NCBI RefSeq assembly: GCF_000175255.2
Contig: NC_017262.1
Location: 180,001 to 212,000 of the forward strand
Direction: 5' to 3'
DNA from: Zymomonas mobilis subsp. mobilis ATCC 10988
GTDB lineage: Bacteria > Pseudomonadota > Alphaproteobacteria > Sphingomonadales > Sphingomonadaceae
DNA: 32,000 nt
In this document: positions 17,656-26,242 of the stretch, in pieces
Layout of the letters: each line of letters begins with the position of its first letter
How positions within the stretch are numbered: the stretch's first letter is position 1
The notes under the pieces: generated by a model
Database searches by the model: none
Seen by the model: only the letters and a program-made list of their open reading frames with translations
What the model was told of the DNA's origin: nothing
Program-made: the position numbers and the translations under genes

Positions 17656-18398
17656 TAGCCCCGCTGGCCAATTCTGCGGTAAAACCGCATAAGTCCGCAT
17701 CCTTTGTGCCTCGTCATGTTGCCATCATTATGGATGGCAATGGACGATGGGCTTCTGCGCGCCATTTACCTAGAATTGCTGGGCACAAAAAGGGTGCCGA
17801 TGCGGTCAAAACAACGGTGCGGGCTGCCGCGGAGATGGGTATTGAGGTTCTAACCTTATATGCTTTTTCTTCTGAAAATTGGCGCCGTCCTGCTAGCGAA
17901 GTCGCTGATCTTATGGGATTATTGCGGCTTTGCCTTCGGCAGGAAATGCACAACATCAAAGAGCGTGGCATCTGCCTTAAGGTGATTGGCGATTATACAC
18001 GCCTCGATCAGGATCTGGTCGCTTTACTCAATCAAGCGATTGAAATTACCGCTAATAACACAAGGCTAACTTTAGTTTTTGCCTTGAATTATGGCGCACA
18101 AGACGAATTGGTGCATGTCACTAAACGCATTGCAGAGAAGGCTAGAGAAGGGCAGCTTGATCCCGAAAATATTGATGTCGGGACAATTGAATCTCTGTTA
18201 TATACCCATGATTTACCGCCCCTTGATCTAGTTATCAGAACTTCTGGTGAAAAGCGCTTGTCCAATTTCTTATTATGGCAAGCCGCTTATGCGGAGTTAC
18301 TGTTTATAGATACCTTATGGCCTGATTTCGGCAGCGAAACTCTGAAAGCTGCGGTAGAAGAATATGCACGCCGAGAAAGGCGCTATGGTGGCTTGTGA
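17652..18398 (+). CDS. uppS: di-trans,poly-cis-undecaprenyl-diphosphate synthase
   Basis: [24 protein letters not shown] and [15 protein letters not shown] are cis-prenyltransferase motifs. Its GTG start overlaps the frr stop (GTGA). Confidence 0.93.
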   Translation: MIAPLANSAVKPHKSASFVPRHVAIIMDGNGRWASARHLPRIAGHKKGADAVKTTVRAAAEMGIEVLTLYAFSSENWRRPASEVADLMGLLRLCLRQEMHNIKERGICLKVIGDYTRLDQDLVALLNQAIEITANNTRLTLVFALNYGAQDELVHVTKRIAEKAREGQLDPENIDVGTIESLLYTHDLPPLDLVIRTSGEKRLSNFLLWQAAYAELLFIDTLWPDFGSETLKAAVEEYARRERRYGGL

Positions 18399-19024
18399 GT
18401 GAGCTAAAACTTCGTATTATTGTTGGACTCTTATTAGCGGTTCTGGCAGTTGGCCTTATCTGGGCGGGCGGCTATGTCTTTGCTCTATCGGCTGCGGTCA
18501 TCGCTGCCTTAATATTCCGCGAATGGCGGCATCTGACCGGCGCCTCTTTAGGCTGGATAATTGCCGGTTTTTTTTATGCCCTTTTACCCGTATTAGCACT
18601 GACTTCATTGCGATTGCAGCCTAATGGCCTATGGCTGGTAAGCTGGATTGTGGCGGTTACAGCCGCAACCGATATCGGGGCTTTTTTTTCGGGGAGGCTC
18701 ATTGGCGGCGCCAAAATATGTCCGGCCTTAAGTCCGAAAAAGACGTGGAGTGGCCTGATCGGTGGAATGATAGCGGCGGCTATTACGGCTTATTTTATTG
18801 CAGATTTTGGTCAGCTTCCTTCAGTCATGAAGATAGCTGGTGCGCCTATGGCTGTTGTTGCTCAAGCCGGTGACTTTTTTGAAAGCTGGCTAAAAAGACG
18901 CGCCAACGTCAAAGATTCCGGCAATCTTTTACCCGGTCATGGCGGTATTATGGACCGTGTCGATGGACTACTGCCAGTGGCCTTACTGACGGATATTTTA
19001 ATAAAAATTGGAGCTTTTCTGTGA
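18395..19024 (+). CDS. cdsA: phosphatidate cytidylyltransferase (CDP-diglyceride synthase)
   Basis: It has the C-terminal signature SWLKRRANVKDSGNLLPGHGGIMDRVD and is a multi-TM protein. Its GTG start overlaps the uppS stop. Confidence 0.88.
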   Translation: MSELKLRIIVGLLLAVLAVGLIWAGGYVFALSAAVIAALIFREWRHLTGASLGWIIAGFFYALLPVLALTSLRLQPNGLWLVSWIVAVTAATDIGAFFSGRLIGGAKICPALSPKKTWSGLIGGMIAAAITAYFIADFGQLPSVMKIAGAPMAVVAQAGDFFESWLKRRANVKDSGNLLPGHGGIMDRVDGLLPVALLTDILIKIGAFL

Positions 19025-20190
19025 TGAGTCAGCCAAGAACAGTCACTGTTTTAGGGGCGACCGGATCCATTGGTCATTCAACACTGGATTTAATCGAACG
19101 GAATTTAGATCGGTATCAGGTCATCGCTTTGACCGCCAACCGCAATGTCAAAGATCTGGCCGATGCGGCGAAAAGAACGAATGCCAAGCGGGCGGTTATC
19201 GCTGACCCGTCGCTTTATAATGATCTGAAAGAGGCTTTGGCCGGAAGCTCTGTTGAGGCAGCCGCGGGTGCTGATGCCTTGGTCGAAGCCGCCATGATGG
19301 GTGCCGATTGGACAATGGCAGCCATTATCGGTTGCGCCGGTCTAAAAGCGACGCTTGCAGCTATTCGCAAGGGCAAAACGGTCGCTTTGGCCAACAAGGA
19401 ATCCTTAGTTTCAGCTGGCGGATTGATGATCGATGCCGTGCGGGAACATGGCACGACGCTTCTCCCCGTCGATTCCGAGCATAACGCTATTTTCCAATGC
19501 TTCCCGCATCATAATCGCGACTATGTTCGCCGGATTATTATTACGGCCAGCGGAGGTCCCTTCAGAACAACGTCTCTTGCCGAAATGGCAACGGTCACGC
19601 CAGAACGCGCGGTTCAGCATCCCAACTGGTCAATGGGTGCCAAAATTTCTATCGATTCTGCTACAATGATGAATAAAGGGCTTGAATTGATAGAAGCCTT
19701 TCATCTCTTCCAGATTCCATTAGAAAAATTTGAAATTTTGGTTCATCCTCAGTCAGTTATTCACTCCATGGTGGAATATTTGGATGGTTCTATCCTTGCC
19801 CAGATCGGTAGTCCTGATATGAGAACACCGATCGGTCATACTTTGGCTTGGCCAAAGCGGATGGAAACTCCAGCCGAATCGTTGGATTTTACCAAATTGC
19901 GCCAGATGGATTTTGAGGCACCGGATTATGAACGTTTTCCGGCGTTAACTTTGGCAATGGAATCCATCAAATCAGGTGGGGCTCGTCCCGCTGTAATGAA
20001 TGCCGCTAATGAAATCGCTGTGGCGGCCTTCCTTGATAAGAAAATCGGTTTTCTTGATATCGCTAAAATTGTCGAGAAAACATTAGATCATTATACACCC
20101 GCAACCCCGTCTTCTTTGGAAGATGTCTTTGCGATCGACAATGAAGCGCGGATACAAGCCGCTGCTTTAATGGAGAGTTTGCCCGCGTGA
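19021..20190 (+). CDS. dxr: 1-deoxy-D-xylulose 5-phosphate reductoisomerase
   Basis: VLGATGSIGHSTLD, LANKESLV, DSEHNAIFQC and HPNWSMGAKISIDSATMMNKGLE are Dxr motifs. The start is GTG 19021 or the adjacent ATG 19024. Confidence 0.95.
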   Translation: MMSQPRTVTVLGATGSIGHSTLDLIERNLDRYQVIALTANRNVKDLADAAKRTNAKRAVIADPSLYNDLKEALAGSSVEAAAGADALVEAAMMGADWTMAAIIGCAGLKATLAAIRKGKTVALANKESLVSAGGLMIDAVREHGTTLLPVDSEHNAIFQCFPHHNRDYVRRIIITASGGPFRTTSLAEMATVTPERAVQHPNWSMGAKISIDSATMMNKGLELIEAFHLFQIPLEKFEILVHPQSVIHSMVEYLDGSILAQIGSPDMRTPIGHTLAWPKRMETPAESLDFTKLRQMDFEAPDYERFPALTLAMESIKSGGARPAVMNAANEIAVAAFLDKKIGFLDIAKIVEKTLDHYTPATPSSLEDVFAIDNEARIQAAALMESLPA

Positions 20191-21317
20191 ATGCATATTC
20201 GGGGATAATGTTTTCGATCCTTAGTTTTATCGCGGTTATTGGTCCGCTGGTTTTTGTTCATGAGTTAGGACATTATGCCGTTGCCCGATTTTTTGGGGTA
20301 AAAGCAGATGTCTTTTCGATTGGCTTTGGGCCAGAAATTTTCGGATGGACAGATCGCTTGGGGACAAGATGGCGGGTCGCCTGCTTGCCTTTTGGTGGTT
20401 ATGTCCGCTTCGCCGGAGATATGGATCCTGCCAGTTCTGGCAGACCGTCAAGCGAATGGTTAGCGTTATCTCCCGAGGACAGAGCCAAGACATTTCAGGC
20501 TAAAAAAGCATGGCATCGCTTTTTGATTGTCTTGGCTGGGCCTTTAACAAATATTTTTGTTGCTATTCTACTTTTTGCTGCTGTTTTTTCAGTGCATGGC
20601 GTTGCCAGAAGCCCATCTGTAGTTTCAGCTATCGTTCCGCATTCCGCTGCAGACACTGCCGGATTAAAAGTCGGTGACAAAATCACTGCGGTTAACAGCT
20701 ATAAAGTCAATTATTTCAATGATCTTCAGCCTGTTGTTCAGATGCACCCTGATGAACAAGTTCTCATAAAATTAGTCAGAGACGGGCGGGCGATGGACGT
20801 CAAGGTCCATCTGAAAGCAGAGCATTTTCAAGACCGTTTCGGTAATAGCAGTCGTATTGGTCTGTTAGGAATTTTAGGAGGCGCGCCGGTAATTGTTCGT
20901 CTCCCCTTGACCGAGATTCCTCAGGCCGCTACTTCTGCCGTAGGCACTATGCTCCATGAGCAAATTGATGGCATCGGCCAGATTATTACAGGTCGTCGAT
21001 CCATGGACGAATTGGGTGGTCCAATTCGTATAGCCAGGATGTCGGGTCAGATAACTGAATTAGGTTTTCTGCCTTTCGTTCTTTTTATGGCGGCTATTTC
21101 TGTTAACCTTGGGTTCATCAATTTATTGCCAGTTCCAATGCTGGACGGAGGGCATCTCCTGTTTTACGCAATGGAAATCATAATAAGACGGCCACTTACG
21201 CCCGTTATTCAGACATGGGCTTTTCGCTTTGGCTTATTTTTGCTTTTGAGCCTGACGCTTTTTGCGACCTTGAATGATCTTGGCGTATTAGTCTGGCTAA
21301 AGCAGATTTTGGGATAA
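20187..21317 (+). CDS. rseP: RIP metalloprotease RseP (site-2 protease, M50 family)
   Basis: It has the HELGHY zinc motif in TM1, a central PDZ-like segment, and the C-terminal NLLPVPMLDGGH motif. It is in the conserved position before bamA. Confidence 0.92.
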   Translation: MNAYSGIMFSILSFIAVIGPLVFVHELGHYAVARFFGVKADVFSIGFGPEIFGWTDRLGTRWRVACLPFGGYVRFAGDMDPASSGRPSSEWLALSPEDRAKTFQAKKAWHRFLIVLAGPLTNIFVAILLFAAVFSVHGVARSPSVVSAIVPHSAADTAGLKVGDKITAVNSYKVNYFNDLQPVVQMHPDEQVLIKLVRDGRAMDVKVHLKAEHFQDRFGNSSRIGLLGILGGAPVIVRLPLTEIPQAATSAVGTMLHEQIDGIGQIITGRRSMDELGGPIRIARMSGQITELGFLPFVLFMAAISVNLGFINLLPVPMLDGGHLLFYAMEIIIRRPLTPVIQTWAFRFGLFLLLSLTLFATLNDLGVLVWLKQILG

Positions 21318-21374
21318 AAAATAAACTCAATTGATAAATCGAGTATTATCAGTTTTTGTTGAGGGGGTGGGGTG

Positions 21375-21449
21375 ATGGCCGTTCCATCACAAAAAGAAGA
21401 TAGCCGGAAAACGGGTGTCATTTCTGGAAAGAGGGCAATAATCGGGTGA
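21375..21449 (+). CDS. candidate 24-codon upstream ORF (MAVPSQKEDSRKTGVISGKRAIIG) preceding bamA
   Basis: ATG 21375 lies 9 nt after the strong SD GAGGGGGTGGGG (21361-21372). Its TGA (21447-21449) overlaps the bamA GTG (21446-21448) as GTGA. It is below the ORF-track size cutoff and I recognise no homology. Confidence 0.25.
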   Translation: MAVPSQKEDSRKTGVISGKRAIIG

Positions 21450-24400
21450 CGGCGCGCAATTTGGGTAATTCTGATCGTAACAATCGGCGTAACCGGCAGA
21501 ATATGCCTTTGGCTTCTTTTGTTATTTTAAGCACTTTGATGGGGTCAACTGCGATTCCATTACAGGCTCAGACAGTTTCAGAACTGGCCACTTCCCAAGC
21601 GGAACAAAGCAGTAATAGCCTTCCTGCCATAGATACCACGAACTCGACCAATGATGGAGCTTCGTTATCTGAAGCTGTATCATCAGGGCAGGCTACTTCT
21701 GATGTTGAAAAGAGCTCAGTAGATAGCACTTTAAATTCAACAGTCGAAACGGCAAAAGCGGTTCCCCGTCAGGCAAAAACAAAGGCTTCTCATGCGGCCA
21801 AAAATGTCAAAGAAGCCGTTCAAGATAGCGTCAGTAACGATAAAAATACCGTTACAAAAACGATAGAACAAAACACGCCGTTGGATAGCTCTCCTGTTGC
21901 TGAGAAGGCTAGCGCCAATACAACTAGCGATATGGCGACAGAAGATGCGAGCAATCAAAATAATACCGCTCCAGCCACGCCAGAAAATCAAAATCAAGTA
22001 GAGGCGACATCTTCTTCCAATGCGGGTGCAGCGGCTTCTCCTGCAGAAAATAGCAATGCATCAGCTACTTCTGAAAAGACAACGCCGACACAGGATAATA
22101 CAACCGACACACCTTCCGCTGCTACCAGCCAGCAGGAAGCGGCTGCACCCACACCAGCGCCTATCCCAAAACCTGTTGATGGAACGATAAAATCTCTGTC
22201 CGTGGTCGGAACGGAGCGTCTTGAGCCTGATACTGTGCTTTCTTATACGAAGTTAAGGGCAGGGCAGCGTTACAATTCCGAAATCTTGGATAGCGCGATT
22301 CAGGATTTATACGCGACACAGCTTTTTTCTGATGTCGTTATTGAAGATAATCCGGAACATCCCGGTAGCTTGACCCTTCAAATCCACGAAAACCCAATTA
22401 TCAACCGGATCGTTCTTGAAGGAAACAAGCGCCTTAAAGAAGATAAAATCCGTCCTGAAATCAAGCTCGCTCCGAGACAGATTTTTACCCGTGATGCGGT
22501 GCGTGCAGATGTTTCCCGCATCATCGAGTTATATCGGCGGCAAGGCCGATTTGCGGCGACGGTTGAGCCTAAGATGGTTCGGCTAGAGCAGAATCGTGTT
22601 GATATCGTTTTTGAAATCACCGAAGGGCCTAAATCAAAAGTTCGCCAGATCAATATTATCGGGAATAAGCATTTTTCCGATGCCCAGCTTAGAAAAGCAA
22701 TGGCCACCAAACAGGCGCGTTTCTGGCGTTTCATGAGTTCAGGTGCCAGCTATGATCCTGATAAATTGGCCTATGACCAACAAAAGCTGCGTCAATTCTA
22801 TCTGGTTAACGGTTATGCCGATTTCCGCGTTGTTTCTGCCATTGCGGAATTAACGCCTGATCGCCGTGATTTCATCATTACTTATGTCGTCGAAGAAGGC
22901 GATCGTTATAAATTCGGCGATATCACGCTTGATTCTCAAATTCGGGATGTGAAGGCAGAAAACTTTAAATCTTTGGTCAAAATCAAAAAAGGCCAATGGT
23001 ATAATGCTAAGCTAGTCGAAGATACGATTGATACTTTGACAGAAGCCGCTGGTCTTATGGGCTATACGCCGGATGTGAATCCAGATTTTACGCCGGATAA
23101 AGACAATCTGACGATGGGGATTGAATTCCGCATTGCAGAAGCCCCGCGTCAATATATCGAACGCGTCGATATCAGCGGTAATACGACGACTCGAGATAAG
23201 GTTATTCGCCGCGAATTCCGTTTGGCGGAAGGGGACGTGTTTAACCTATTAAGGGTGAAGCGTTCGCGTGACCGTGTTCAGTCTCTCGGATATTTTCAGG
23301 ATCGCTTGGAAATTACCCAGCGTCCGGGATCGACACCAGACCGCCTAATTCTTGATACGAATCTCCAAGAAAAATCGACTGGACAGCTTTCTGTTTCGGC
23401 CGGTTATTCCAGCCTTGAACGTATTCTTTTGGATATCTCAATCCAGCAGAATAACTTTATGGGTAAGGGACAAAGTGTCCGCGCCTCGGCTAACTGGTCT
23501 TATTATTCAAAATCCGTCGATCTCGGCTTTACAGAACCTTATCTGTTCGACCATGCGATCGCTTTTGGTGGCGATATCTTCCGAAACGATTATAACGCCT
23601 TCAACTATATGAACGGGACGGATCGTAATACGACCTACCGGCAGGCTTCGACAGGGCTCCAGCTACGCGCTGGTATTCCGATCACCGAATATTTAAACCT
23701 GCTTTTGCGCTATAGTATCAGCTATGAAACGGTGAAAATCAGCAAAAGCAGCTATTATACAAATGGTCAGTGTGATCCTTTATTGGCTGGTCGCTATTTG
23801 TGCGAAGCTTTGGGCTCATGGGTCAATTCAACACTGGGTTATTCTATTGCCTATAACAGTTTGAATAACGTCATGCATCCGACCTCTGGTGCACGATTCA
23901 CCTTCAGTCAGGATTTCGCTGGTTTAGGCGGAACGGTTCATTATCTAAAAACGCGTATCGAAGCGGCCAAATATTGGGATCTGACCCACGGCTTTGTCTT
24001 CTCCTTGCGTGGAGAAGCTGGTTATATTTGGGGTTATGACGGCAATGTCCGCTTGATTGACCGTTTCTTCTTGGGACAACCACAATTCCGTGGGTTTAAT
24101 TTCCGTGGTGTTGGCCCTCGCGTTACCCGCCATTATTATTCTTTTGACGATAGTGGCAATCCAAGCCTTGGCGGTGAATCTTCCGATGACTCTTTGGGTG
24201 GTAGCAAAGAATATTTGGGTCACGCTGAATTGGAAATCCCGATGGGTGCCGGCGCTCGCGAAATGGGGTTGAGACCGTCTATTTTTGCCGATATCGGTTC
24301 TGTCTGGGGCGTGCCTAAACCTGCGCTGATTGATAGCTGCGGTTCTTCCGGTAAGTCACAAGGTCAGTGTCAGGTTACAGCACGTCAGGTTACTAATTCT

Positions 24401-24673
24401 AAAGGACAAGCCCTCTATACAGATAGCAGCGGTAACTATACAACAAGTGCTACGGGGAGCAATGGGACTAAAAATACGGCGGTTACAACTTCTGTCTCGC
24501 CAATTAAAGAATATTTCTTGGGTGATACGTGGAAACCCCGTATTTCAGTTGGTTTTGGTGTGAACTGGAATTCACCCTTTGGTCCTTTCCGAATTGATAT
24601 TGCCAAGGCTATTGTCAGTCAGCCGGGTGATGATAAAAAACTTGTAACCTTCAACGTAGGGACAGCATTTTAA
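21446..24673 (+). CDS. bamA: outer membrane protein assembly factor BamA (Omp85), unusually long at 1075 aa
   Basis: Five POTRA-like repeats run from IKSLSVVGTERLEPD (residue 248), followed by a C-terminal barrel with the FRGFNFRGVGPR (VRGF-type loop 6) motif and terminal TFNVGTAF. GTG 21446 lies 10 nt after GAGGG. An alternative start is ATG 21503 (M20). Confidence 0.92.
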   Translation: MTARNLGNSDRNNRRNRQNMPLASFVILSTLMGSTAIPLQAQTVSELATSQAEQSSNSLPAIDTTNSTNDGASLSEAVSSGQATSDVEKSSVDSTLNSTVETAKAVPRQAKTKASHAAKNVKEAVQDSVSNDKNTVTKTIEQNTPLDSSPVAEKASANTTSDMATEDASNQNNTAPATPENQNQVEATSSSNAGAAASPAENSNASATSEKTTPTQDNTTDTPSAATSQQEAAAPTPAPIPKPVDGTIKSLSVVGTERLEPDTVLSYTKLRAGQRYNSEILDSAIQDLYATQLFSDVVIEDNPEHPGSLTLQIHENPIINRIVLEGNKRLKEDKIRPEIKLAPRQIFTRDAVRADVSRIIELYRRQGRFAATVEPKMVRLEQNRVDIVFEITEGPKSKVRQINIIGNKHFSDAQLRKAMATKQARFWRFMSSGASYDPDKLAYDQQKLRQFYLVNGYADFRVVSAIAELTPDRRDFIITYVVEEGDRYKFGDITLDSQIRDVKAENFKSLVKIKKGQWYNAKLVEDTIDTLTEAAGLMGYTPDVNPDFTPDKDNLTMGIEFRIAEAPRQYIERVDISGNTTTRDKVIRREFRLAEGDVFNLLRVKRSRDRVQSLGYFQDRLEITQRPGSTPDRLILDTNLQEKSTGQLSVSAGYSSLERILLDISIQQNNFMGKGQSVRASANWSYYSKSVDLGFTEPYLFDHAIAFGGDIFRNDYNAFNYMNGTDRNTTYRQASTGLQLRAGIPITEYLNLLLRYSISYETVKISKSSYYTNGQCDPLLAGRYLCEALGSWVNSTLGYSIAYNSLNNVMHPTSGARFTFSQDFAGLGGTVHYLKTRIEAAKYWDLTHGFVFSLRGEAGYIWGYDGNVRLIDRFFLGQPQFRGFNFRGVGPRVTRHYYSFDDSGNPSLGGESSDDSLGGSKEYLGHAELEIPMGAGAREMGLRPSIFADIGSVWGVPKPALIDSCGSSGKSQGQCQVTARQVTNSKGQALYTDSSGNYTTSATGSNGTKNTAVTTSVSPIKEYFLGDTWKPRISVGFGVNWNSPFGPFRIDIAKAIVSQPGDDKKLVTFNVGTAF

Positions 24674-25344
24674 TGAAGAAATTATTTGCCGGTGCAGCCC
24701 TTGTCGCTGCCGCAACTGCATCCCCTGTTTTGGCACAGACGGCTGCCATTGTTGATCTTCAGGGTGTTCTGATGCAGTCATCGGCTCTGAAACAGGCACA
24801 GACTCAGATTCAGGCGACGTACCGCACCCAAATTGACGCTTATAATAACCGTCGTACTGCGCTGGAAAATGAGTTGTCACAGGCTCGTGACGAGTTGGTC
24901 AAAATGCAGAAAAGCGGCGCGTCAATGACGGTTATGCAGCCGAAAATCAATGCGTTTCAGTCAAAGCAGCAGTCTGCACAGCGCGAATTGATGACTCTCG
25001 GTATGCCTTTCATTCGCCCGAATACCTATGCAGAAGAACAGATTACCGACCATATCGAAGAAGCTATGCGCGCGGTTATGACAACGCGTAAGGTCAATCT
25101 GGTTCTCAATCCGCAGGCAGCCATTATTGCTGACCCTTCGGCTGATATGACAAGCGATGTCGCCGCCGAACTGAATCGCCGTGTGACGAATGTTTCGATC
25201 ACTCCGCCCGCTAATTGGGTTCCGGCTTCTGAACGCCAAAATCAAAGTGACGCGGGTGCCGGTGCTGCTCCGGCCGCTCGTGCTTCTGGTGCATCCACGA
25301 ACGCCTCTGTTCCTCCGGCCGCTCGTCGTCCAACCAGCCGGTAA
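24673..25344 (+). CDS. OmpH/Skp-family periplasmic chaperone
   Basis: It has a signal peptide (MKKLFAGAALVAAATASPVLAQT) and a coiled-coil-rich body, and sits in the conserved position after bamA (TAATG overlap). The C-terminus is an Ala/Pro/Ser-rich tail. Confidence 0.8.
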   Translation: MKKLFAGAALVAAATASPVLAQTAAIVDLQGVLMQSSALKQAQTQIQATYRTQIDAYNNRRTALENELSQARDELVKMQKSGASMTVMQPKINAFQSKQQSAQRELMTLGMPFIRPNTYAEEQITDHIEEAMRAVMTTRKVNLVLNPQAAIIADPSADMTSDVAAELNRRVTNVSITPPANWVPASERQNQSDAGAGAAPAARASGASTNASVPPAARRPTSR

Positions 25345-25350
25345 TTTAAT

Positions 25351-25827
25351 ATGACAGAGACAACAGAAAAGGTTGAATCGATAGGCCCGCTTGACGTCAA
25401 GCGGGTTATGGCGGCTCTGCCTCACCGTTTTCCGATGCTGCTGGTTGATCGGGTCGAGACATTGATTCCGGGCGAAAAAATTGTTGCGATTAAGGCCGTA
25501 ACAATCAACGAGCCGTTCTTTACCGGTCATTTCCCTGGTAATCCGATTATGCCAGGTGTTTTAATTGTCGAGGCCTTGGCACAAGCTGCCGGTGTTCTTG
25601 CCATTGAAAGTTTAGGACTGACCGGAACCGGTAAGCTGGTTTATTTCATGGCTATTAACGAGACAAAATTCCGTATTCCGGTAGAACCGGGTATTTTATT
25701 GCGGTTAGAAGTCGAGTTTTTACAAAAACGGGCAAAAATTTGTAAATTTAAAGCCCGTGCCTTGATTGAAGACAAAGTCGCGGCTGAAACAGAATTCACC
25801 GCAATGATCGCTGATCCAGCTAACTGA
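25351..25827 (+). CDS. fabZ: 3-hydroxyacyl-ACP dehydratase FabZ
   Basis: [13 protein letters not shown]...[27 protein letters not shown] is the classic FabZ hot-dog motif. Confidence 0.95.
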   Translation: MTETTEKVESIGPLDVKRVMAALPHRFPMLLVDRVETLIPGEKIVAIKAVTINEPFFTGHFPGNPIMPGVLIVEALAQAAGVLAIESLGLTGTGKLVYFMAINETKFRIPVEPGILLRLEVEFLQKRAKICKFKARALIEDKVAAETEFTAMIADPAN

Positions 25828-25830
25828 TTT

Positions 25831-25859
25831 TTGCTTTAGCAAACAGCGTTTATTATTAT
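25831..25859 (+). promoter_or_regulatory. candidate sigma70-type promoter for rpmE
   Basis: TTGCTT (25831-25836), a 17-nt spacer, then TATTAT (25854-25859). This would give a ~90-nt leader containing two hairpins. It is a pattern match only. Confidence 0.35.
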
Positions 25860-25955
25860 TTGTATCTTGGCTGCTCTTGTTTCTTTGGCAAGAGCAGGCT
25901 AGATGCAGCTTCTCTATCCGGCTGGTCGGTAACCAGCTATCTAACGGAGTTTATC

Positions 25956-26183
25956 ATGAAGCAGAATATTCATCCTGATTATCACTTTATCAAGGTTCAG
26001 TTGACGGACGGTACCGTATTCGAAACCCGTTCTACCTGGGGTAAAGAAGGCGACACCATGAAGCTGGATATTGATCCGCGCGTTCATCCGGCATGGACTG
26101 GCGGTCGTTCACAGTTGGTTGATGCTGGTGGCCAGGTTGCCCGCTTTAACAAGCGTTTCGGCGCTCTGTTGAAAAAGAAATAA
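25956..26183 (+). CDS. rpmE: 50S ribosomal protein L31 (cysteine-free form)
   Basis: [14 protein letters not shown]...[12 protein letters not shown] is L31. ATG 25956 follows the SD ACGGAG. The longer TTG-initiated track ORF (25860) is an artefact. The protein contains no Cys residues. Confidence 0.93.
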   Translation: MKQNIHPDYHFIKVQLTDGTVFETRSTWGKEGDTMKLDIDPRVHPAWTGGRSQLVDAGGQVARFNKRFGALLKKK

Positions 26184-26193
26184 GCTGTTATTT

Positions 26194-26220
26194 CGAGGTG
26201 GCTTCGGCCACCTCGTCACT
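26194..26220 (+). terminator. rho-independent terminator of rpmE
   Basis: cgaggtggc (26194-26202), loop ttcg, gccacctcg (26207-26215), followed by a moderately T-rich tail tcactttattatt. Confidence 0.6.
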
Positions 26221-26242
26221 TTATTATTGATGATATACCTTC

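Noticed and set aside
21455-21505. Arg-rich n-region of BamA (RNNRRNRQN) as a possible twin-arginine (Tat) signal
   Set aside because: The context does not fit the S/T-R-R-x-F-L-K consensus, and beta-barrel OMPs are Sec substrates. It is more likely just an extended n-region, or translation starts at M20.
21572-22180. Possible DNA-level tandem repeat underlying the BamA low-complexity region
   Set aside because: Reading the DNA and protein shows compositional bias but no recurring unit of fixed length. It is not a tandem repeat array.
24961-25530. 189-aa minus-strand ORF spanning skp/fabZ
   Set aside because: It is an Arg/Cys-rich antisense translation of two well-supported genes. It crosses their intergenic junction and has no start context.
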